A DNA stretch of 38,186 bases from an uncultured delta proteobacterium (lineage in GTDB: Bacteria > Desulfobacterota > RBG-13-43-22), in contig CAVUPH010000004.1 of the NCBI GenBank assembly GCA_963743305.1, positions 1-38,186 on the forward strand, given 5' to 3'. The notes under the pieces were generated by a model. That model was not told the DNA's origin. It ran no database searches and saw only the letters and a list, made by a program, of their open reading frames with translations. Of this stretch, positions 26,933 through 34,392 are shown in pieces. A program made the translations under genes and the position numbers. Numbering within the stretch: the first letter of the stretch is position 1; each line of letters opens with the position of its first letter.

Positions 26933-27088
26933 GACAACCTCACAAAAAGTCCAAAAACCTGTCATTGCGACCCCGGACTTGATCCGGGGGAAGCTAATCC
27001 CCACCATGCTTACTGGCTGATTCTTGGGGATTGCTTCGTCGCTTCACTCCTCGCAATGACAGCGCTGAGGATTTTTTGCGACACCATC
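26933..27088 (-). mobile_element. About 155-bp palindromic MITE-like element (family A), copy 1
   Basis: Outer inverted repeat cacaaaaagtcc/ggattttttgcg; inner ctgtcattgcga/tcgcaatgacag; collinear with 32669-32815 in the opposite orientation. Confidence 0.75.
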
Positions 27089-29006
27089 AATTATGCACTT
27101 CCCTGGTCTCTCTGAGGATGCGTTTATCCTCTACCCGAATAGTGACTTGTGTACTGTCAAAGTATTCCAATAGGGGGATGGTGTATTTCCTCGAGGTCTG
27201 AGTCATTTCCTTGAACTCCGGAGTGGTGAGTTCCCTTTTTTCTTTGAGCCAGAGGACCAGTTTTTTCTTGATTCCCTCTATGGCCTGACTATGGAAGTAG
27301 AGATCCTCTTTGACCTTGACCAGTTTCCTTTCCTTGACCATCAATTCCAATACTTCCCGGGGATTCCCCTTGGGGAATTTTTCAACCAAGTCTTTGAAAT
27401 AAGGGGGTTCGAGCCCGCTCTTTAAATAGATTTGTTCGATGGCCTCCCGGGCCGCCTCTTGGTCCTCCTGGAGCTGGACTTTGTGGGATTTAAGTCGGAC
27501 CAGTTCTTTTTCCTGGACCAGGACCCCCTGGTCGGCCAGTTGATTCAAGAGGAAATTGAAGAGCTTGGTTTCTTTAATCTGAGGGAGCCGGGATTTTAAC
27601 TCCTCTTTGAGCAAACCGGGTTTCAAGGGGTTGGCCCGGTGATATTCCTTCAGCAAGGCTTCAATGGATTGTACCAGTTTGGAGTATTCCAGGTGGTGAA
27701 TCAGGATGCGGTTTTCCTTGTCCCATTGGATCAGGATCCGTTGGGAAAGGAGTTCTTTCAGCAGGTCCTCCAATTTTTTAGCCGGGAGGGGCAGGCCCCG
27801 GCCCAGGTTCGACCGGGAAAGCCCGGCGGCTCCGGCCAACAGCACCGGCAGGGCCGTTTTATCCAAATCCGATCCCGATTCCAGGACCTGTAATTGGCTC
27901 AAGACCTCGGGATTCAGGCGTTTGTGTTTTACCGGAGAGACGTTCAAGACCCGAGCGCCGCCGATGGTATGGACCGGAGAATAACTGCGGATGACCGCCA
28001 GGTCGCTGGGTAGGACGGCCACCGGGTCATCCAACCGGATTTGACAGAATTGGGATTCGCCGGGTTTGATCTCGTCTCCTTCCAGCAAAAGCACCCGGCC
28101 CAAAATTTCATTGGTGCCGCTGTGAAAACGGACCTGGGCCCGGTGTTTGAGGGGTTTAGCGGCGGACTTCAGCAGGGATAGGCGGATATCGAGCAACCGG
28201 GTGGGAAGCATTCCGTTGAGCGAGGCCACCACATCTCCCCGGTTGACCGTGGTTTTTTCAATCCCCTGGAGGTTAATGGCGGTTCGCAGCCCGGCTCGAA
28301 CCTGCTCCGCCTCTTGGTTGTGGACCTGGATGCCTCGGACTTTGGCCTGAATCTGCTGGGGATAAATGGTCACCGCGTCCCCCACGGCCAAAGAACCCGA
28401 AATGGCGGTCCCGGTAATCACGGTTCCAAAACCCTTCATGGTAAAGACTCGATCCACAGGGAGGCGAAAAATTCCGGCGGCCGACCGTTCCTCTACTTCA
28501 GCGGACAGGGTTTCCAGTATCCGGATAAATTCCGGGACCCCCTGACCGCTGGTAGAGGAAACCGGGAGAATAGGCGCCCCCTCCAGAAAGGTCCCCTTTA
28601 GAAATTCCCGGATATCTTCGGTGACCAGTTCCAGCCATTCCTCATCGACCATATCGATTTTGGTTAAGGCCACCAGGCCCTTATTGATCCCCAGGAGGGT
28701 GCAAATATCCATATGTTCCCGGGTCTGAGGCATGACCCCCTCATCGGCGGCGATGATCATGGCCACCATATCGATGGTGCTGGCTCCGGCCACCATATTT
28801 TTGATGAAGCGTTCGTGACCCGGAACATCAATGATCCCCAAACGCTGGCCATGGGGCAGGTCCAGATGGGCGAAGCCCAATTCAATGGTGATGCCCCGTT
28901 CCTTTTCTTCTTTCAGCCGGTCGGTATCGATACCGGTCAGGGCCTTGACCAGGCTGGTCTTGCCGTGGTCGATGTGCCCGGCAGTTCCGAGAATGATTTG
29001 TTTCAT
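27087..29006 (-). CDS. selB: Selenocysteine-specific translation elongation factor
   Basis: [50 protein letters not shown]-terminal winged helix [14 protein letters not shown]. Confidence 0.97.
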   Translation of the reverse strand: MKQIILGTAGHIDHGKTSLVKALTGIDTDRLKEEKERGITIELGFAHLDLPHGQRLGIIDVPGHERFIKNMVAGASTIDMVAMIIAADEGVMPQTREHMDICTLLGINKGLVALTKIDMVDEEWLELVTEDIREFLKGTFLEGAPILPVSSTSGQGVPEFIRILETLSAEVEERSAAGIFRLPVDRVFTMKGFGTVITGTAISGSLAVGDAVTIYPQQIQAKVRGIQVHNQEAEQVRAGLRTAINLQGIEKTTVNRGDVVASLNGMLPTRLLDIRLSLLKSAAKPLKHRAQVRFHSGTNEILGRVLLLEGDEIKPGESQFCQIRLDDPVAVLPSDLAVIRSYSPVHTIGGARVLNVSPVKHKRLNPEVLSQLQVLESGSDLDKTALPVLLAGAAGLSRSNLGRGLPLPAKKLEDLLKELLSQRILIQWDKENRILIHHLEYSKLVQSIEALLKEYHRANPLKPGLLKEELKSRLPQIKETKLFNFLLNQLADQGVLVQEKELVRLKSHKVQLQEDQEAAREAIEQIYLKSGLEPPYFKDLVEKFPKGNPREVLELMVKERKLVKVKEDLYFHSQAIEGIKKKLVLWLKEKRELTTPEFKEMTQTSRKYTIPLLEYFDSTQVTIRVEDKRILRETREVHN

Positions 29007-29060
29007 GCAAATATTTCCTCTGTTAATTATTACCGATATTATACCTTGTAACGCCGAGTA

Positions 29061-29234
29061 CTATTTTCATATTAAACCCCCATGCCCCGCGGGGCACCCA
29101 CGAAGTATGAAAATCCCCCCCCGCCCCCCCTTTTTCTAAGGGGGGAGTCCAAGTCCCCCTTTAGAAAAGGGGGATTTAGGGGGATTTCCCAAGAGCTGGA
29201 ATAACCACCAAACCTTCTATTTTCATATTAAACC
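29061..29234 (+). repeat. Family B repeat element, copy 1, bracketed by an 18-bp direct repeat, with CCCCCTTT..AAGGGGG palindromic cargo
   Basis: ctattttcatattaaacc at 29061-29078 and 29217-29234; core cccatgccccgcggggcacccacgaagtatgaaaat. Confidence 0.75.
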
Positions 29235-30022
29235 AACGCCTCCAAATCCCTAAGCAGTTCCAGGGAGGGATAATGGGTCAGGTCATACTCAATAGGGGTC
29301 AGGGTGACGTATCCCCCGGCCAGCAGGGCGTGATCGGTGTCCGGAGCTTCGTCCGGCGAGGGGAGACTTCCGGCCTGCCAGTAGTAGATGTTTTCCCGGG
29401 GATCTACCCGTTTATCAAATTTTTCCAAAAAACGGAAGGTCCCCTGGCGTACCAGGCGAATGCCCCGGAGTTCGGCCAGAGGAAGATCCGGTACGTTACA
29501 GTTTAAGGAAATCCCGCCGGGAAGCGGGTTACGCTCGAGATAATTCACCAAGCGGCGGCCTATCTCGGCGGCTGCCTGAAAGTCCGGTGATTGATCAGAA
29601 TCCAGGGATATGGCCAGGGAGGAGAGTCCCATCATGGCCCCCTCGGTAGCCGCCGAGACCGTCCCGGAATAAATGACATTGATTCCCACGTTGGCTCCCA
29701 GATTGATTCCCGAAACCAGTAACCGAGGGGGAGGGATCAGCAGTTCATTTAAAGCGATCTTCACGCAGTCGGCCGGAGTCCCATTTACCCCGTAACCAAA
29801 AAAGTTCCCGTTTTTCTTAATCTTTTTGACCCGGAGGGGTTGGGTCAAGGTGAGGGCGTGTCCTACGGCGCTTTGCTCCACCTCCGGAGCGACGATCAAA
29901 ACCCGGTAATCATTTTCCAGAGCCCGGGCCAAGACTTCCAATCCCCGGGCATGGATGCCGTCATCATTGGTTACCAAAACGGACGGTTTTTCGCTGTTCG
30001 GATTATTGGGATCAGGTTTCAT
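29228..30022 (-). CDS. surE: 5'/3'-nucleotidase SurE
   Basis: VLVTNDDGIHARG, APEVEQSAVGH, GTPADCV, SGINLGAN..YSGTVSAATEG. Confidence 0.97.
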   Translation of the reverse strand: MKPDPNNPNSEKPSVLVTNDDGIHARGLEVLARALENDYRVLIVAPEVEQSAVGHALTLTQPLRVKKIKKNGNFFGYGVNGTPADCVKIALNELLIPPPRLLVSGINLGANVGINVIYSGTVSAATEGAMMGLSSLAISLDSDQSPDFQAAAEIGRRLVNYLERNPLPGGISLNCNVPDLPLAELRGIRLVRQGTFRFLEKFDKRVDPRENIYYWQAGSLPSPDEAPDTDHALLAGGYVTLTPIEYDLTHYPSLELLRDLEALV

Positions 30023-30202
30023 AAACCTTACCTATCGTCCTTTGCCATTGCTTCTCGGGCCTTTTGCCCCAAGCCGATCGTCTGGCGAGTAGTTTGCTGT
30101 TGACAGGGTTTCACCAACATTATAACAATAAATCAAATTCATCAAACATAAAGACAGAAAGTCGTTTTTTGACTTTTTGCGAGGTTATGAGGATTGCCGA
30201 TC

Positions 30203-31045
30203 ATGGTCAGAGAAATCAATACCCGAGAAATAAGCAACGCGGTCAAACGGCTTAGCATTGAGGCCAACGAGCAGCTTGGTGAAGATGTCCTCCTGGGCTT
30301 TCAGAAGGCCCTCAAAAACGAAGTTTCGCCCGTGGGGAAGGAAATTCTGACCCAGTTGATTGAAAACGCCCGCCTGGCCCGGGAGGAACAGGTCCCCATC
30401 TGCCAGGATACCGGCCTGGCGGTCATTTTCCTGGAAGTAGGGCAGGAGGTCCACCTGGTGGGCGGGGACTTGAAGGAGGCGGTGAATCAGGGGGTCCGGG
30501 AAGGGTACGGGGAGGGATACTTGCGAAAGTCCTCCTGCCATCCTTTTACCCGGGCCAATACGGGGGACAACACGCCGGCGGTAATTTATATCGATATTGT
30601 TCCCGGGGATCAAGTCAGGGTCATGGTCGTGCCTAAGGGTGGGGGAAGTGAGAATATGAGCCGGCTGTTCATGCTGCCGCCCTCCGCCGGTCTGGCCGGG
30701 ATGAAAGAGCGGGTTCTAGAGACGGTCAAAGACGCCGGTCCCAATCCCTGCCCGCCGACTATTATCGGAGTCGGGATAGGCGGAACCTTTGAACAGGCCG
30801 CGCTGCAGGCTAAAAAGTCCCTGTTGAGGCCTTTGGGAAGCCCTAACCCTGATTCGGAACTGGATGACCTGGAGAAGGAATTGCTGACCGAGATCAATAA
30901 ACTGGGTATCGGTCCCCAGGGTCTGGGCGGCAGGACGACTTCATTAGGGGTTCACATTCGGCTGCTCCCTTGCCACATTGCCAGTCTGCCCGTGGCGGTC
31001 AATGTCCAGTGTCATGCCAGCAGGCATAAAGAAGCCGTTATTTGA
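30203..31045 (+). CDS. Fe-S hydro-lyase alpha subunit (two-subunit class I fumarate hydratase / tartrate dehydratase family)
   Basis: PICQDTG, GYLRKS, NTGDNTPA, PKGGGSENMS, NPCPP, GIGPQGLGG, PCHIASLPVAVNVQCHASRH. Confidence 0.93.
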   Translation: MVREINTREISNAVKRLSIEANEQLGEDVLLGFQKALKNEVSPVGKEILTQLIENARLAREEQVPICQDTGLAVIFLEVGQEVHLVGGDLKEAVNQGVREGYGEGYLRKSSCHPFTRANTGDNTPAVIYIDIVPGDQVRVMVVPKGGGSENMSRLFMLPPSAGLAGMKERVLETVKDAGPNPCPPTIIGVGIGGTFEQAALQAKKSLLRPLGSPNPDSELDDLEKELLTEINKLGIGPQGLGGRTTSLGVHIRLLPCHIASLPVAVNVQCHASRHKEAVI

Positions 31046-31261
31046 TACGAAAATAGCTTTTAACTGCGGATATCCCCCACACCCTCACCCGCGTGGGGGA
31101 GAGGGGGCCCTAAGGAACGGCCCGAGTCTTTTAACTTCCCCTCCCCGCTGCGGGAGGGGACTTCGTCGTGAGCTCAGTCGAACGATTGAGGGGTGGGGGA
31201 ACTCGAAATATTCATGCTTCGGGGTGCCCGCCCCGGGCATGGGAGTTTAGTACGAAAATAG
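31046..31261 (-). repeat. Family B repeat element, copy 2, bracketed by an 11-bp direct repeat, with CCCTCCCC..GGGAGGGG palindromic cargo
   Basis: tacgaaaatag at 31046-31056 and 31251-31261; the minus strand reads ctattttcgtactaaactcccatgcccggggcgggcaccccgaagcatgaatat, matching copy 1. Confidence 0.75.
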
Positions 31262-31283
31262 AACTTCGCGCCACTCGGGCATT

Positions 31284-31329
31284 CATCAATAATTAATAAT
31301 TAACAATTGATTATTAATTATTAATAATG
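31284..31329. repeat. AT-rich heptamer (taataat/taattat) palindromic repeat
   Basis: Arms aataattaataattaa and ttgattattaattatt. Confidence 0.6.
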
Positions 31330-31367
31330 TGCCTCTAATGCAATTAACCTCACCAAGGAGTTTTTTT

Positions 31368-31925
31368 ATGCCCAAAACCGTGACCTTATCCACTCCCTTA
31401 ACGGATGACATGGTCTCTTCGCTGGAAATCGGGGATAAGGTGTTCCTCAACGGAATCATCTACACCGCCCGGGATGCCGCTCACAAACGTCTGGTCGAGC
31501 TTTTGGATGCCGGCCAAGACCTCCCGTTTGAAATGCAAGGGCAGGTTATCTATTATGTGGGGCCCTCACCGGCCAGGCCGGGTCGAGTCATCGGGGCTGC
31601 CGGGCCGACCACCAGCTACCGCATGGACCTCTATGCACCGCGATTGATGGAAATCGGTCTTAAGGGAATGATCGGCAAGGGGAAACGGGCGCCGTCCGTC
31701 CGGGAGGCCATGATGCGGTACAAGGCCGTCTATCTGGGCGCGACCGGCGGGGCCGGGGCTTTAATCTCCCGGTCGATCCGGTCTGCGCAAATAATCGCCT
31801 ATGAGGAACTGGGCCCCGAGGCCATTCGCCGCCTGGTAGTGGAGGATTTCCCAGCGTTGGTGATCAATGATACCTTCGGCCGGGATCTGTATGAAGAAGG
31901 GCTTAAACAATATCGTCTTTCCTGA
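31368..31925 (+). CDS. Fe-S hydro-lyase beta subunit (fumarate hydratase family)
   Basis: AAGGAG RBS; GIIYTARDAAHKRL, IYYVGPSP, AGPTTSYRMD, MIGKG, ELGPEAI. Confidence 0.93.
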   Translation: MPKTVTLSTPLTDDMVSSLEIGDKVFLNGIIYTARDAAHKRLVELLDAGQDLPFEMQGQVIYYVGPSPARPGRVIGAAGPTTSYRMDLYAPRLMEIGLKGMIGKGKRAPSVREAMMRYKAVYLGATGGAGALISRSIRSAQIIAYEELGPEAIRRLVVEDFPALVINDTFGRDLYEEGLKQYRLS

Positions 31926-32076
31926 CACTTCCAACCGTTATCGGGTAATTAGACCAGGAAGAAAAATAACTTGATAAATTTCTGTAGAAGTTATTAAAAT
32001 ATGCGGGCTCAGGCGATTCTTCCGGGTGACCCGATTTTCCGTTTGACCACGATCCGAAATCGAGGAGGGTATAACC

Positions 32077-32634
32077 ATGCGGTGTAGGAATAGGGGGACG
32101 TCCAACCCCATGTCGCTATTTTCGATCTGGCTGGTACTGATGTCCACCCTTTTGGGGATCTCGTCCTGCACCCAGAACGCCAGCAGTTCCAGCGGGACCC
32201 AAAGCGGCTCGGGGGGTACCGGTAACTTTGAAGGCCACTGGAAAGTCAGTGTGGCTCCGGCCCAATCGAACATGTTCCAGTCCGTTGCCTCCACCTCCTC
32301 CGATATCCCGGCGACGCTGAGTACCACCACGGTGATGATTACGGTTACTGATCCCTCGGGTACCCCGGCCCCCCCCAATTCCACCGTTTTCATCACCTGC
32401 TCCAACGGGGCCTTCAGTTTCCGGTTCCGAACCAACGGCAGCGGGTACGATTACGGGCAGCCGATTACCACGGACAATCGGGTTTTAAGCAACGGCCGGA
32501 CTTTTATCGATTTCTTTTCCGGATTTTCGCCGGGTACCGCGTCCATCAACGTCACCTTTCAGGGGTCAACCGGGTCAGCCAGCATTAACATTTCGCCGAC
32601 GCCGACAATCACCACGACTGCCGCCGCACGTTAA
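32077..32634 (+). CDS. Hypothetical lipoprotein, probable Ig-like (Big-1/invasin-type) domain
   Basis: GAGGAGG RBS; lipobox ISSC; S/T/G-rich; ITVTDPSGTP..V.I..SNG..NG..PGTASINVT pattern. Confidence 0.6.
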   Translation: MRCRNRGTSNPMSLFSIWLVLMSTLLGISSCTQNASSSSGTQSGSGGTGNFEGHWKVSVAPAQSNMFQSVASTSSDIPATLSTTTVMITVTDPSGTPAPPNSTVFITCSNGAFSFRFRTNGSGYDYGQPITTDNRVLSNGRTFIDFFSGFSPGTASINVTFQGSTGSASINISPTPTITTTAAAR

Positions 32635-32668
32635 AAAGTCCCAGGGGACAGGCGGAGAGGCCATCTTT

Positions 32669-32815
32669 GATGAACAGGCCAAAAGTCCCCAGGGCAGTCA
32701 TTGCGAGGAGTGAAACGACGAAGCAATCTCCAAGAATCAGCGAGTTGCCTAGGTGGAGATTGCTTCCTCCGGATGAAGTCCGGTGTGGCCATGGCGAATT
32801 TTTTGCAAGTCGGTC
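32669..32815 (+). mobile_element. Family A MITE-like element, copy 2
   Basis: gtcattgcgaggagtgaaacgacgaagcaatctccaagaatcagc..gattgcttcctccggatgaagtccgg is collinear with the reverse complement of 26933-27088. Confidence 0.75.
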
Positions 32816-32913
32816 AGCAAGTCGGTCAGCAAAAAAACACGTTTTTTAACTTTACTGCGTTACGGTCGTCTGCCACTGCAAAGGGCCAATATAAAAAAAG
32901 GAGGATAATCAAA

Positions 32914-33240
32914 ATGAAAAGAACACAAATTCTAATTGCCACCGCTTTACTTTTGGGCCTGGCCCTGGTCTTGACCGGGTGTAATAATTCCAGTTCTTCC
33001 GGCGGGGGGTTTGCCAACGTGGATGTTCAATTCCAGGTGAGCGGCAACACCATAATCCATAATGCCAACACCTCCCGGGATGTTACCATTCCGACCCAGG
33101 GGACCGATTTCCGGATCCTGACCTGGTTCTGCGGGAATTTTGAGGGGGACCAAAGGAAGCAGATTGAGATTACCTTCAAAAAAACGAACAATACCTGGGT
33201 GCGTGACTCAAAGAATGTCACCGGCGGGAGTTGCAGTTAA
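32914..33240 (+). CDS. Small hypothetical lipoprotein
   Basis: AGGAGGA RBS; MKRTQILIATALLLGLALVLTGC lipobox; 108 aa with two further Cys. Confidence 0.75.
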   Translation: MKRTQILIATALLLGLALVLTGCNNSSSSGGGFANVDVQFQVSGNTIIHNANTSRDVTIPTQGTDFRILTWFCGNFEGDQRKQIEITFKKTNNTWVRDSKNVTGGSCS

Positions 33241-33329
33241 AAACCCCAACCAATCCCATTCAGAGAAGAAACATATTTGCAGCGGGTTAAGATGGGGCAG
33301 GGTGTTCCGCTCAGGCGGAACGCCCTAAC

Positions 33330-33480
33330 GCCCCCGAGTTCTAACCTTAAATGAATATTGACGGTGATTTTGTTTCCCTTCCCGAGCTGAATTTGGATCT
33401 TCAATAGTCCTCCCGCCAATTGTGCCCGTTCCTGCAAGGCGCTTAATCCCAAACTGTACTTTCTGTAATTCTCAGATTTC
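33330..33480 (-). pseudogene. Remnant of the C-terminal HATPase segment of a NarX/UhpB-type histidine kinase
   Basis: SLGLSALQERAQLAGGLLKIQIQLGKGNKITVNI matches the GLxxMxERAxxxGGxLxIxSxxGxGTxI pattern; the upstream domain is missing. Confidence 0.6.
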
Positions 33481-33634
33481 CATTTTTAAGATAAGAGTTC
33501 AAATAATAATTAATGAAGGGGACTTGAATATTATTGACTTTTTGGTAACTAAGGTGTAGGAAATCCTAAATAAATTAACCAGGCTTCTTGTTGGTAACCT
33601 TTTACCAGGGGAGTTCCAATGAAAGGATAACAGG

Positions 33635-33670
33635 CCCTATTTCTCGACGGAGAGGTGGGGTTTTTTGTTT
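33635..33670 (+). terminator. Intrinsic terminator-like hairpin upstream of hicB
   Basis: ccctatttctc-gacg-gagaggtgggg followed by ttttttgttt. Confidence 0.55.
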
Positions 33671-33747
33671 ATCATCTTTGGTTTGGCTTTCAGCCAAGAG
33701 GGGGCCAGATGGCTTTTAACAAGGCCCCTTAGAAAAGCGAGGTATTT

Positions 33748-34011
33748 ATGAATTTATCCATAAAAATTGAAATTTTTAAAGAAGGAGATGTGTATGTGGC
33801 TTTATCGCCGGAATTAAATGTTTCAAGCTTTGGTGAGACCATTGAAGAGGCAAAGGTTTCGGTAGGCGAGGCAATAGAAGCCTTTATTGAGGAATGTGAG
33901 CGAATGGGCACCTTGGAAGTCGTATTGGAAGAATCCGGGTTTTCGAGATCCAATGATTTTTGGGAACACAGGAAGCCCCTTTTGGAAGAAGCCCTTTTGG
34001 TTGCGCGGTAG
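33748..34011 (+). CDS. hicB: HicB-family antitoxin (short form)
   Basis: EGDVYVALSPELNVSSFGETIEEAKVSVGEAIEAFIE. Confidence 0.85.
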   Translation: MNLSIKIEIFKEGDVYVALSPELNVSSFGETIEEAKVSVGEAIEAFIEECERMGTLEVVLEESGFSRSNDFWEHRKPLLEEALLVAR

Positions 34012-34019
34012 ATTGATTG

Positions 34020-34253
34020 ATGGAAAAAATTGTTCCTATTCCCTTTGCTTCTTTAATTCGGGTTTTTGAAATGGATGGTTTTTCTATCAAAAGAAGAAAA
34101 GGGGATCATATCATTATGACCAAAGAAGGGATAAAACGACCCCTGGTCATAAAAACTAGTCCCAAGCTTGTTCCGGTCACCCATATCCGTACAAACATGA
34201 CCACCGCCGGGATGACCAGAGAACGGTTTTTTGAGCTTTTGGAAAAGATATGA
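34020..34253 (+). CDS. hicA: HicA-family mRNA interferase toxin
   Basis: LIRVFEMDGFSIKRRKGDHIIMTK..PLVI..AGMTRERFFELL; sits downstream of hicB. Confidence 0.85.
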   Translation: MEKIVPIPFASLIRVFEMDGFSIKRRKGDHIIMTKEGIKRPLVIKTSPKLVPVTHIRTNMTTAGMTRERFFELLEKI

Positions 34254-34392
34254 AATCATGTGGAGTCGGTGAGGCGCTGCCGATACCCACCTGTAGCGGC
34301 CGAGGTTTTTAATGAAGCAGAAAAGACTTTAGAAGAAATAGGTTTGAGAATTAAGAAGTTCAAATGATCTGGAAGGGATCACGGAGGAAGTT

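Noticed and set aside
26990-27089. selB ends in TGA followed by a hairpin, suggesting Sec readthrough or autoregulation
   Set aside because: The hairpin is the family A repeat, also found at 32669 with no selenium context. SelB is already complete, and readthrough would add only a short repeat-derived tail.
27087-29006. selA, selC or selD near selB
   Set aside because: No tRNA-Sec fold or such ORFs are visible in the window
34254-34367. Coding-looking stretch (..AEVFNEAEKTLEEIGLRIKKFK*) between hicA and the M23 gene
   Set aside because: Too short to assign to a family and no clear start codon
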